Below, piece after piece: positions 36,727 through 48,604 of a stretch of 64,000 bases of DNA. The stretch comes from Dudresnaya verticillata (lineage: Eukaryota): the NCBI GenBank assembly GCA_977862235.1, contig OZ374559.1, forward strand, positions 2,542,001-2,606,000. Reading direction: 5' to 3'. The notes beneath the pieces were generated by a model. It did not search any database. It was not told where the DNA came from and worked only from the letters and a program-made list of their open reading frames with translations. Both the position numbers and the translations under genes were made by a program. The stretch's first letter is position 1. The number at the start of each line of letters is the position of its first letter.

Positions 36727-39700
36727 TCAGGGGGGACTGGGGTTCCACCCCGGAGCCCCCCGATCATACGAAAACTGAGGGTAGCAACCCGCTTGGCGCT
36801 TTGCCAACTCCCGGTTCATCGGAACGGTCGGATGTCGAGACCCCTCTCGGTCTACCCAAGCAGGTATTAGCTCGCCCGATTGGCCTCCCTCCAGGGCGTA
36901 CGTTCGAAGAGTATTGTAGGAATCCCGTATGCGCGCTGTCACGCTACAATTATAAAGTGGCTGCGGCCGTCGGGACTTCCACTGAAAAACTCACTCGCGT
37001 ATTATCCGTACTGGATTCTGGAGCAGGTCCCAACCTCATCAGAGCTGATGTCCTGTCGAAGGAAGAATTGAAGAAGGTGTCGACTTCACGACCAATCTGT
37101 AATCTAGTGTCGGCCAGCCGGCACAAACTAACTACCCTGGGAAGTATCTCTCTCCTGGTCCGGATTGGAAATTACACGGTACGTCAACCATTTGTTGTTG
37201 CACACGCGCTAGCGGTCGACATGATTCTCGGATGTACCTTTATCGATAATCACGTCGACACGCTGCGCGTGCGCAACCAAACGGTGATACTCCGTGACGG
37301 GTCGGAACACCCCATTCTAAGACGCCAATGTGGTCCACTCCGTCCCGACAGACCAACCGAAACTACGGAGATACCTCCTCGCCCCGTGCAGCGGCATATC
37401 CGCATCGCTCACGCTATTCTACTACCTCCGGAATCGGAAACCTGGGTTGCGGTTACATGCCCAGCCCAGGGTACCCACTTCATGGATGCATTCCAACCTT
37501 TATACAAAACACAAGGAGTCGTCCTGTCCAACGGCATCGCCGAGATCACACCGAACCGCCTGTTCCATGTCAAGGTTGCGAATTTTTGGCGGAACGCCCA
37601 ACAGCTCACGAAGCGCCAACGACTTGGCCGCGCGATACCCGCGCCTTCTAGCACGCCGGTGTACGCTTTGTCCTTTGGGAACACCCCGTCTCTCGCGCCC
37701 GACACGGCCTCGCATCCCGAGTCATTCTCCAATGTGGGGGGGCAGGGCTTGCTGCTGCGATACAACAGTCGTCAACGACGCCCGGCGTGACGGAAGCGGT
37801 GAAAGCGATAACAATCGACGATTTGGACTTAAAACACCTACAGGTCGAGGATCAAAAGCGCGTTTAAGCAAGATGCTTAAGCCATTTGCCCCTATGTGGA
37901 GTGGCCAACTCGGAACGATTAAGGTAACGGAACACCGTATAGAACTCAAGGAAGGGTCGACACCCGTGTTTACCCAACCGTACCGCGCTGGTCCAAAGGC
38001 CAGACAGGCGGAACAAGAGGAAGTGGAGAAGATGCTCCGTGAAGGCGTTATAGAGCCCGCCCGTTCGGAGTATGCAAGCCCCGTGGTCTTAGTCAAAAAG
38101 CCCGACGGCTCGTTACGCTTCTGCGTGGATTACCGTAAGCTGAACGCCATCACCATTAAGGATTCCTATCCACTTCCACGAATGGACGAATGTCTCGATT
38201 CCTTGGGCGACGCCCAGCTGTTTACGACTCTGGATTGTAATTCAGGATATTGGCAGATCCCAGTATGTCCACAGGACCAGCACAAGACTGCCTTCACATG
38301 TCATGCGGGATGCTTCCAGTTCAAGCGAATGCCATTCGGGCTGTGTAACGCCCCCGCGACGTTTCAGCGTACAGTCGGTATCCTACTCTCAGGCTTCAGG
38401 TGGAAAACCTGCTTGGTCTACCTAGACGACATAATTATCTTCTCGAAGAACGTCGACGAACACCTTACCCACGTACGGGAGATACTCACTATCCTGAATG
38501 ATGCTGGCGTCTCGCTGAAACTGCGGAAGTGTAACTTCTTTACTAAGAGTGTCGACTATCTCGGACATGTGATTCGTCCCGGTCTCCTAGAGGTTGCGAC
38601 CAAGAACACTCAAGCAATAGAGGGGTTCACAGAACCACGAACGCAGACGCAACTGAGATCCTTTCTGGGACTATGTAATGTCTACCGACGGTTCGTCCCG
38701 AATTTTGCGCGAGTTGCCGCACCTCTCAATGCCTTTCTACAGAAAGATGTGGAGTTTGATCTACCGCCCTTCGGCAAAAAGGAAACGGAAGCTTTCGAGC
38801 TGTTGAAACGCGCGCTGATCGCCCCACCTATCCTACAACTGCCAAAGCTGGGAAGTAATCTCTCGGTCGACACCGACGCTTGTGAATATCAAGTAGGTTG
38901 TGCACTCATGCAGATGAACGACAAGGGGGAAAGACATCCCATTGGTTTCTGGAGTCGTCGGCTGACGCCCGCTGAGAAGAACTATTCCGTCGGAGAGAAA
39001 GAATGCCTCGCCGTCGTATGGGCCGTGCAGATATTACGTCCATACTTGGAGAGAACGCATTTCGATTTGTACACCGATCATCAAGCACTGAAGTGGATTA
39101 TGAGCATGACCGACGCATCGGGACGCCTAGCGAGATGGCGCTTACGCTTACTCGAGTACGACTTTACAGTCCAATACAAGAAGGGTAAGAAGAACCAAAT
39201 AGCAGACGCTGTCTCACGCCTCCCCACCTATGGCTATACGAGCCGCGAGCCGGATCTGGACATCCCGTGCTATATCATCGAGGATGACACCTCTGAAAAC
39301 ACTACTCCCCCCTCATGGGCTAATGGTCCAATCGAAGCGTGGGAGATCGAGCCCTGTGACGAGCCTACGTCTGCAGACGAGTTGTTAGTGGCGACCGCCG
39401 AGAAGGATGTGGATGAGAAATCACTGTCACTCTTAACTATTGAGGAGCTCCTCTGAGAACAGAAAACAGATCCCTTCTGCCTGCGGATTAGAGCAGGAAT
39501 CGAGGGTGGCCGACCCGGTTGTTACCTCGAAGACGAGTTAGGACTGCTTGTCTGGAAAGCGCCTATTGATGGCGCAAAGCAGGTGCTCATACCCGAAACG
39601 CTACAAGAGCGAGTATTACACCTCGCTCATTACCCCGTAATGGCCGGACATCCAGGCGGCACGCGCATGTATCAAAATTTGCGACGTCAGGTATATTGGC

Positions 39701-41019
39701 CAGACATGGCATTAGCGGTTTATGCAACTGTACGCAACTGCGTGGCCTGTTCCAGGGAGCGAGTACAACTGCGGAAGCACACTTCGTTTATGAAGTTATT
39801 CCCGGCCACTATGCCTCTCGAATTCGTGGGTATCGACATATTGGGGCCGCTTCCCCGTTCAGGCAAAGGTAATGAGTACCTACTCGTTATTACAGATCGC
39901 TTCTCTAAGCTTACCAGGGCGGTCCCGTTGAAGACCATCACGGCTTACACAGTGGCGAAAGCCTTTTGTGACCATTGGGTCTACGTGTATGGACCGCCAC
40001 GATATCTACTCTTGGATAACGGATCCCAATTCGCATCAAAGTTCTTTATGGAAGTGTGTAGCATTCTGCGGATCCGCAATCTATTTACGTCAACTTACCA
40101 CCCCCAGTCGAACGGGCAAACGGAACGCTTCAACCGCACTCTTCTGGCTGGATTACGTCACTTCATCGCTGAGGATCAGACCGATTGGGATGAGTTTACC
40201 CCCGCGTTGACATACGCCTATAACACAACTGTCCATAAGGCAACTGGGTTCGCCCCTGTAGATCTCGTTCTGTCGAACCCCCCTAACTCCATCCTAATGG
40301 AGCGAGCCGAGACGGTCGATGTGGCAAATGTGCCTGCTACCAATGCCAAGAAGCGTTTAACTCGCCGACTCGAAAAACTAGTGGAAACGGCTCTCCCTCG
40401 CTTACGCTTGGCGCAGAAGCGTTATGAAGTCAACTTCAATAATAGGATGCGTCCCGCTAATGAGAAAATACGACCTGGACAGTGGGTATTTGTCCAGCGA
40501 GAGACAAAGCTCAAAGACGCTGACGGCGTGGCACGCGAAGGCAAACTGCTACGAAAGGCATTGGGCCCGTATAAGGTTGTTGAGAGGAGCACTCATGTGG
40601 TCGTGATAGACGTGAAGGGTGAACGCGAGACGATCTCGCTAGATCGCGTAACGCTGGCGCCCACGCCGCACGAGTCGTTAGACGCCCAAGGGGAGACTCC
40701 GACAATAGTCGCGCCGCCTGCGCCAGGGTCTACCTTGGCCAGTCGTGGCGGCGAGCCCCCTCTTCCTCCAATCGAGCCTCCGCGCTCTTTCTCTCGCTTA
40801 CGCAAAACCCCGGCTCGAGAGCACGTATATGATCGCATCGTTGACTACGGCCCGCTGGAACAGCTATATCGGATACGTTGGTATCAGGCCCCCGCCACCA
40901 AGGACACGTGGGAGCCAAGGGGAAACCTCCCCCATAATCTCGTAGCGCGCTACCACCGCGCAAAGGGAATACCTTACGAATCAGGTGGGTTGCAACCCCT
41001 CGGGCTGTTGCCCTACTGA
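36720..41019 (+). pseudogene. pol: Gypsy-B Pol (PR-RT-RNase H-INT-chromodomain), entered by a -1 frameshift; one internal frameshift (~37740-37860) and a TGA at 39454
   Basis: VLDSGA, YLDD, DTDAC/EKECLAV/TDH, HHCC, DILG/LDNGSQF/GQTERFN, LGPY and chromodomain YDRIVD...YRIRWY....DTWEP. Confidence 0.93.
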
Positions 41020-41667
41020 TGTGTGGGCTAGCGAGCCAAGCTAAGAAAACAAGGCGCGAAGCCTCGCGAGGCACTCGGACGAGCGGATGTGGATAGATGA
41101 ATGCTGGCAGAAGCCTGGATAGATGCGCTCTGCGGAGCTGAAACGAATAAGCGTGGTGCCGATTGGCACCCACCCCGACACTGTACATACGCGTACAAAC
41201 GGAAGTACGCTGTACAGCAGCTAACTGAAACAAGAGCCAGCAGTGGCAGCGACGCTTCCCTGGCTCGGGCTCACGGCGAACGCCGCTTGGTGGCGCTTCG
41301 GCCAAAAAGACACAGCCAATCATGGCGGTTCACCTCTCCGGTGCCGTCACCAAACGCACGCCGCGAAGCCCCGCACCAATGACAACGCGGAGCGCCGCTT
41401 AACATTAATTTTGTGCACACTACAGTACACACTGTACTCTAATTTATGGGAAAATTCCCCGGTCAAGGACCCGAGATGGTCCCCACGCTAAGTCAGAGCG
41501 AGGATGGTATGCCGCGGCACGAAGGAGAAGGGTACTCGGTCAATGCAAAGTTTACTCAGGCGTTACAACGCGGAAAGGTCCACTAGCTAATCGGGCGCTC
41601 CCCCACTCACACCTATCTATTATCCCTAGGGAGCGTCCGATGCAAGCACTACAATGTGGAAATGACG

Positions 41668-43944
41668 TCAGTCCGAGTCAGAGTCCATCAGGTCGATGAA
41701 CTCGTTCGGCCGCAACGGCGGATTCGCAACGGGACCTTGCCCCGGCACCATAGTCACGCGACGGACCTCGCGCACGATGCGACGACCGCGTCCGCGCCGA
41801 GCCCCGACTCCCCTCGCCGGAACTTCACCACCCGCCTCGCTAGGCCCAGCACCTCCATCGCCAGACGGCGCGTCACCCTCCTGGAGCCCCATATCCTCTT
41901 CCTCGAGCTCCTCCTTGAGCAGCAGCTCCGTCTTCACGATAACTTCCTGTGGCTCGGCCGCTGCCGGAGGAGCTTCGACGGCGTCAGCAGGAAGAGTCAC
42001 CTCGAGCTGTAGGCCATGGCCGGCGGGCACTTCGGGCACGGGTAGGTTGACCGTCACTTCCATGGGTGAAGCAGGCGGAGCACTCTCATCGGGGGCCCCT
42101 AGTGCCGGTTGGGAAGCTGCAGTAACTGGAACATTGGTCGGCGGACCCGAGGTAGCAAGAGAAGAGCTCTCACGCGGAACAGCGGATGTATCGGCAAGCG
42201 TGCCTTGGCGCGGATCCGCGTTCTGCCCACTACCACCTGGAGCCACAGGAGCAACCGCACTTGGCAGCAAGCTAACGCGGCCTTGATGACCCAAACCCAG
42301 ACGGGAACGGCGCGCAAGTCGCGGATCTCTCGAGACGGAAGCGGAGCCTGACGCGCTCGGCGCGCTCACCGCTGCTGAAGGACCCGGCGCCACGACCCCT
42401 GATGGAGCCTCCTGAGCTTGCTCCGACTCCACGACGGCCTGCTGCCCGATAGGCGGAAGCACGGCCAAAGAAGCCTTCAACGCCTCAATCGGCCCAGGTG
42501 AGCTCACCCAATTGGCTTCATAGTCGCAGAGGACATCCTCGACCCAGTCAGCCAGACTGAAGAGCGTTAAGTTGGTCACCTCCCAATGGACTGCCAAGCG
42601 AATAGCGAACCCCCGCCGATTGAACAAGTCACGAATAGCGGCATCGGCCCTCGCGACGTTTCGCAACCTTGGCGCGTACGGCCCTTGCGGCTGCCCCGAC
42701 ACAGTAACATCCATTGGCGGCACGTCAGCCGGAGTTGCTGGGCCTTCGCTCGGAGCGCTCTGCCAATCCTTGGTGTAACCAGTCATCCGGACGCCCACAT
42801 CCACGAGAAACGTCTCACCATTGCCGGGCTGCGCCTGCAGTAAGTATTCCGGAAGGAGAGGGTGCCACTCGGCCGCGTCGAAATCGACCCAATCGCCTCG
42901 GTCGAACACCGGCGTAATCAAGCCGGTGTTCTCCGGCAAATAGCGGTTCCGCTTACTAACTCGACTCCAGCGGACTCGCTCAACAAAGACGAGGAGCGCC
43001 TCCAAATCGGCGGCATCGTCAGCATTAGCCGTAAGCGGGCCGACGCCAAGTCCACGGATCTCCCCACGCAGGCGGGCGTTAATGTAATACAAGTAGCCAC
43101 GCCGGGCCTCGTACATGAACGTCTGGGCGACCATAACCACCCACTCATTCCGGAATATCATCCACAGGACCCCTTGATGATAACTTTCGTTCATCATGTC
43201 GAGACCCCGATACGCCAAGACTGGCGGATTGCCAACGGGCAGGGAGTAGGAGACTTCGTAATCACGATGGTCCGTTGGGACCGGGACGTACTTCCCCGTG
43301 TAGAACTCGGGCTTGATCGCCACTACCTCCTGACAGTGCGCCGGCACGAAACACCCCGTCCGATGACGATGACGACGCTCGAAGCGGAGAAGGTCGCGAG
43401 GCATCGCCGTATGGGGGTTATCCAGGGTATACTTGAAATTGGAAGTATCGTCCCAACGCGTGACGCGCGCCATGGTATAGGGATAGTTATCCAGTCCGGG
43501 GCGAGTGAGGGGCCTCTCGAAGCTGACTACCTCTAGGCTGTAACCGCCCTTAGACTGAAACACCCGGAGCTCATCCCAGAATTCCACATACATCTGGGAA
43601 TGGTGCTCCACGTAGCGGTGCTCATGTTGGTAGCGCACCAAGGCCAAATCCCAATGTTGGCTAGTTGGCAACGGCGGCAGCCCGATGTTGGTCCCACGCA
43701 GGATGTCAAGGCGGTCGCGCATATTGAGCTCCCACGTACGGGCTTGCGCTTGACGACGGCCGAAACGGCGGATGTCCTCGCGACGGGCGCCGGCCGTTCC
43801 CTTGATGTGGGACAAGTCGGTCCGTACTAACCAGTCGCGGCTACGCGTGATGACCAGCGGCACCCCCGCCGCATCGACGGTGAAACCCTGCACTGCAGTG
43901 CTCGACCCGGCTTGTCCGTGCGCAATGTTCGGATAGCTCGCCAT
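41668..43944 (-). CDS. Antisense accessory ORF of Gypsy-B (758 aa, unknown function)
   Basis: Intact ATG-started ORF between integrase and the PPT, antisense to gag-pol, homologous to 467-2773. Confidence 0.85.
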   Translation of the reverse strand: MASYPNIAHGQAGSSTAVQGFTVDAAGVPLVITRSRDWLVRTDLSHIKGTAGARREDIRRFGRRQAQARTWELNMRDRLDILRGTNIGLPPLPTSQHWDLALVRYQHEHRYVEHHSQMYVEFWDELRVFQSKGGYSLEVVSFERPLTRPGLDNYPYTMARVTRWDDTSNFKYTLDNPHTAMPRDLLRFERRHRHRTGCFVPAHCQEVVAIKPEFYTGKYVPVPTDHRDYEVSYSLPVGNPPVLAYRGLDMMNESYHQGVLWMIFRNEWVVMVAQTFMYEARRGYLYYINARLRGEIRGLGVGPLTANADDAADLEALLVFVERVRWSRVSKRNRYLPENTGLITPVFDRGDWVDFDAAEWHPLLPEYLLQAQPGNGETFLVDVGVRMTGYTKDWQSAPSEGPATPADVPPMDVTVSGQPQGPYAPRLRNVARADAAIRDLFNRRGFAIRLAVHWEVTNLTLFSLADWVEDVLCDYEANWVSSPGPIEALKASLAVLPPIGQQAVVESEQAQEAPSGVVAPGPSAAVSAPSASGSASVSRDPRLARRSRLGLGHQGRVSLLPSAVAPVAPGGSGQNADPRQGTLADTSAVPRESSSLATSGPPTNVPVTAASQPALGAPDESAPPASPMEVTVNLPVPEVPAGHGLQLEVTLPADAVEAPPAAAEPQEVIVKTELLLKEELEEEDMGLQEGDAPSGDGGAGPSEAGGEVPARGVGARRGRGRRIVREVRRVTMVPGQGPVANPPLRPNEFIDLMDSDSD

Positions 43945-44472
43945 GCTGGCTGATGAACAGACGAAGCGGAGCGCCGCGACTCAAACCGGAACTTCTTCCT
44001 GAAAGTCTTGAACACTGCCGACCTTCTCCCTGAGATCTTCCACTTCAGTCTTGAGGTCTCCTACCTGAAACTTGACGGCCTTCTGCCTGAAATTCTTGAA
44101 GGTGTAGCAACACCGGCACACGCGCCCACGCCGAGACGGTGATGCGCAGTAATAGGCGAGCGCGCCGACGATGACGGCTGGTTGTGACGGCAGGTGCGCA
44201 GTGGGGTGAACACCGCCCCGAGGTAATTCGCGGAAACGCCGCTGCGTACGACGCCGTGCAGGGAAGGGCGAGCGTGACTCGTGTTATGGAAGCAAGGACG
44301 CGCGCGCCGCGTGGGAGTAAGGAAGGCGACGGCCGCGGGCAAGCAAGAAGGAGGAGAGCGAGAGAAAGAAGCCGACGGGCGCAGCGCAGCTGACTCGCGT
44401 TGGGGAAAGTGGAGTAGCTGAGGGCTGGCGATGCCGAGGCGTGAGAAATCTCAATCGGGTCGCAACCCCTGG

Positions 44473-44504
44473 TTTATATAGCCGCACAGCCGCGCCAAGA
44501 TTGG
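44473..44504 (-). promoter_or_regulatory. Putative internal antisense promoter (CCAAT plus TATATAAA) for the accessory ORF
   Basis: On the minus strand CCAAT (44500-44504) is followed by TATATAAA (44473-44480), then a pyrimidine-rich leader, ~530 bp before the ATG at 43944. Confidence 0.5.
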
Positions 44505-44754
44505 CTCATGCAAACTCGTGAGCCGCAACGCTCACGAGGCGCCGACGGCCGCGACGCCGCACCGGGCACGCCCCAAACACTGAGGTGATGGCCCGCGATG
44601 ACACGCATGTCAACCAGGCCAGTACGGACGCCGGCCCGACTTAATCCCCCACCGGGCGTGATACACAAACGGCCGTTGGGCGCTCAACCGCTCATGAAGG
44701 AGATTTAAGATTCAGAAACCGCCAATCATAGCCTCGCGGGCCGCTTCGGTCTTC

Positions 44755-44763
44755 AGAGGGGGG
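44755..44763 (+). other. Polypurine tract of Gypsy-B
   Basis: AGAGGGGGG, 3 nt before the 3' LTR. Confidence 0.85.
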
Positions 44764-44766
44764 CTG

Positions 44767-45567
44767 TGTGGCAGTATGGACGCTGTCAGCAGAAGGGCTT
44801 ACAGGAGCGCCTTCCTTTTCGCGGGACAGGCTGTCCCTTAATCAGGACAGCTGTCCTTTCATCGCTGTACACGTGGATGACACGTGGAATACGCGTGTGT
44901 ACACGTGGACTTACAACTGTACACGTGGCGTACACGTGGCATTGTAATGACGCCAGTTGGACACCCCGTATTGGCTGATCTATGACGCGCCGCTGCGCTC
45001 CTGCTCACGGATGAGGAGCACCTCTGCGCTCAGGTTATCGACAGTGCAGCCGGGACCTCGGCTTGCGCACCGGCGCATCCGCCGCCAAGTCCCCTAACTG
45101 GAATGCATTCCCACTTTTGACTTGTAAAGACATTACTAACCTTTGTATCTATAATCACAGACTAACTTAGACCCCCTTTCGGGCTGATAGACTTTTCGGC
45201 TGTCAAGCCCTACTTATGGGGCCCGGAATAGCCGGCGCCCTCAGAATAAACACTCAGCGGAGTTGTTCGGGAAGTTTCCACCTTTTGGTCGCTCGGACGC
45301 TCCGCGCCTGCAGGGGTCGCCCAGTACAGGCCCGGACATCGTACGACCAGTACTCTACGAAACACCGGGTCGCAACCTCTATACTTTCCTTCAGTCGGTC
45401 GCGCCGAGTCTTTACCGTGCTTCCGCACCCCCCCTTTCGGGTCATCAGGGCCCGCCTTTTCCAAGCCTCTACCAATCCTCCCTCGAGCTACCACCAATTA
45501 GCGTGTGACGACGGACAGCTGTCTTTTCTTGTTCTTTGCTGTTTCTGGCCGCTGCCATACTGCTACA
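44767..45567 (+). repeat. 3' LTR of Gypsy-B
   Basis: 801-bp direct repeat of 32828-33628, followed by the TSD GCATC. Confidence 0.97.
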
Positions 45568-47617
45568 GCATCTGAAATTCCTGCAGGGGCCGCCCAAGTC
45601 GCTGAATGGGACAAGCATCGCAAGTACCGCACCGCTTGTACAGCACATTGTATTACGTTTCAGCCGCTGGGCTTTGGCATTCAGGTTGGAATTGGCCCCG
45701 AGTGCTGTACCGCACTCCAATAGCTCGCTTCTTTCCTGGCCACGCCCCGGAGGACACATCCTTTCGTTAGTTTCACCACTGGTTTCCCGCATTCTCCAGC
45801 TCACCGCCCTCGCCGTGAATCGTCGAAGTCCCGTTAGTCCAGGCCTCCCAGTAGTCATCAGCGGCTAAGTCCTTGAGTTTCCACTGTTCGTCTTGCTTCA
45901 ATAAAGTTGTCATGATGATGAAACCTTTTAACTACAGTAAAATAAAATATCATCCGGTGGGCAACAGGCAGTGCGCGGCAGCTCGCAATGGGCGTCACGC
46001 TGTTGACCATTGTCCATCCTGCAAAAGAAGAAGATGCGTCTCTATCGTGATCACCCGATCACAAGTCATGCCCCACTATGTATTTCACAGCCGTTGGTCA
46101 AGGCCGTATCTGTCTTCCTCGCCGGTCACCAGCAGTACGGTATAGCGCTCAACAAAATACGCACACTCTGTGCCCTGGAAAACCCGAGGACTAATCTAAT
46201 GCCCCACTGCAACAGGGCGTGATACTGTAGCACTGGAGATGGTGAGATGGGCCTTTGCTGCTCGCGTGAGCTCACCTTAAACATGGAGTAAAACTTATCA
46301 TCACGTTGCGCGCCATGCGCTGCGACGTTGAACTCCGAAATTTGAATGGAGGAAACTACTGCAGGACAGATCATGAGGCGGACTGGACAACAACGAGCGG
46401 GATGCAACGCGGCTTGCTGACGCTGACTTTGGTTCTCGCACATCGCCGCCACTCTCGTTAAGCGCAACGCCGCCTGCATCCTTGTCAGCATTGCAGGTTA
46501 TAACAGAAAAGTCAGAATAACTTCTAATTGGATTTTAGTATCAACGCAAGGTCTTCAACATCGACCACCTTCCGTAAAATCGACAGCCTCTTAGATATAG
46601 ATAGACAGGAACTCCAAAACAATTGTTAATGTCTCAGGTATAATTTACCCCAAAATGGGTGGCGCTCCGTCTGCTCGAATGTCAAAACAGCTCTTTTCAC
46701 GACAAATAAAGCGCAAAGAGGTACTAAGAAAGCGATGCTACTTCCCGCTAATTGCAACAGGGCCCCATCTCCTGATAGGTTGCAGTTATCGGGATTGATT
46801 CCACTGTACTGCGATTGGATGAAATGGCGCCCTTGCGTTTATATCGAGATCAACCAATCGCAAGTCATGTCCCACTATATTTGATAGCCTTATTTGCAAT
46901 ACAGACGCACAGGGTCGCACAGGGAGCGCCTGCCTTACTGCAACTCGGTGTGGAATACTCACAAGACCCCTTCAAATGGCCTGGGGGAACAATCCTCTCA
47001 CCTTCAGCAAACCCTTTCATCAGATCAGGGAAGGTATCCTCGAACGTGGCTTCTGAACCTTCCCTTCTTTCAGAAAGGCAACGAGCGATCCGCATCAAAT
47101 TGTCTGATTGCCTCTTGCGGTCTGCGTTATGTATTTCCTCATTGTCAAGCTGGAAAACAGACTGAACACATCACAGTGTTCATTGCATGCGTCGAGATTT
47201 CTGGATCCCGATAAAGTAATACGTGCCATGGTGTGCAGCCTGCTGATCTCTCGTTGGGGGCGCTCCTGCTCGTCCGCATGAAGGACAGCACTCGATGACT
47301 ATACTCGAGCCAGGGTTTCGGAAGCCGAACACAACGTTTGGTCTGATTTCGCACCCTGTGCCGAAAGGCCACCTCATTTTCCATTCCAGGCGAGCTCACG
47401 TAGCGGGGAAGCCATTAATGACCAGATTAAACCACCGGTCTTGCTCGGGTTGTTCTCTTGGACTCGTTAGCTTATCGTAGCCATATGATAATTATTCGGC
47501 GCAACTGCTACGAGAGATCACTGCCAGCGTTGTAAGTATCTCAAACGTGCGATGGAGACACGACCAGAGCATCCTTTCTAGTGTGGAGCACACGTGTGTT
47601 TACCATACCACCAATAC

Positions 47618-47733
47618 CATCATCATCATCACAACTTTATTGAAGCAAGACGAACAGCGGAAACCCTAATGACTTCGCCGCTGATGACTACTGGAAGGCC
47701 TGGACTAACGGGACGTCGACGATTCACGGCGAG
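47618..47733 (-). mobile_element. Short 5'-truncated copy of the non-LTR element 3' end, inverted relative to 45809-45920
   Basis: ~115 bp reverse-complement match to 45809-45920, including AATAAAGTTGTGATGATGATG. Confidence 0.7.
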
Positions 47734-48604
47734 ACCACCAATACATGAGTCACGATAATGGCCATTTTCAACTGCAAAATAAAACGCCACTCCATGATTT
47801 TCATCTTACTCCAGCTGGCAGAATTTCCCGTTATGTCCCACTATCTGACGGACAGCATTTCTTGCAATATAGACGAGGGGGTAGTGCAGACCGTTTCGCA
47901 GAAAAGGGGAAAGTCCCAGAATGAAGCTTGCGAACTAAGAGGCAATGAAGGAGGTTAACCCTAACTGCAACATTGCAGAACCAACGAGATTAGGCTAGTA
48001 GAAACCCGAAGGCGAGACAATCAACAGAGACGCACATGAGCGGCTTCCAACGCAATATTACTGCCCTGTTTTTGCTAAGCCCTAGAAGCCTTCTCGCTCC
48101 ATGATGAATAATGTCAATATTTCTACTTGTTACAACAGGTCAGCAGAACTGTTTATAGCAGCCCTCCCTTGCGTGACTCCGGCCCCTTCCTGGCTTTGAA
48201 AAAATGCTTCGCTCTAGTTCCATTATTATCTTTGACTACAATTCTCCAAGAAGATGGAAGAACAACTCTACAGGCCATTCAGCACATGTTTTTATCAAAG
48301 TCACAGCCTCCTTTGCGTTGTTCTTTATGGGAATCAACATCCCCTTACAACCCCTGACGGAAAATGAGAATTCGCTTCATCGAATAATGGACTCACCTTT
48401 CCAGTTGATCCGCATGAGTGATAGATCCACACCAGCTGGCCCCGTTTAGCGGAGCTACTTACTTGCCATTCTTTATATAAAGAACACCCAATGTCCCCCT
48501 CCCCTCATCCCCAAATACCTGACATCTGAAGTTCCAGCTGCTCACACTGCTTCACCTCATCGCTCAAAGTCTAAGAACTGTGTTTTACCCATCCAACCTT
48601 CGAA

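Larger units (their letters stand above)
32828..45567 (+). mobile_element. Full-length Ty3/Gypsy LTR retrotransposon 'Gypsy-B' (12,740 bp, chromodomain integrase)
   Basis: Two 801-bp LTRs, 5-bp TSD GCATC (32823-32827 and 45568-45572), PBS, PPT, gag-pol and an antisense ORF. Confidence 0.97.
32600..45920 (+). mobile_element. Decayed 3' end of an RLE-type (CRE-like) non-LTR retrotransposon, split by Gypsy-B (pieces ~32600-32827 and 45568-45920)
   Basis: The joined translation RE...RRLDLV...NLTIVAP...KAS|EIPAGAAQVAEWDKHRKY...C...FQPLGF...GIG resembles the restriction-like endonuclease motif series. It ends in AATAAA plus an (ATG)n tail at ~45900-45920. Confidence 0.7.

Noticed and set aside
41668..43944. 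Antisense ORFs as env genes
   Set aside because: Wrong orientation, with no signal peptide or transmembrane helix evident.
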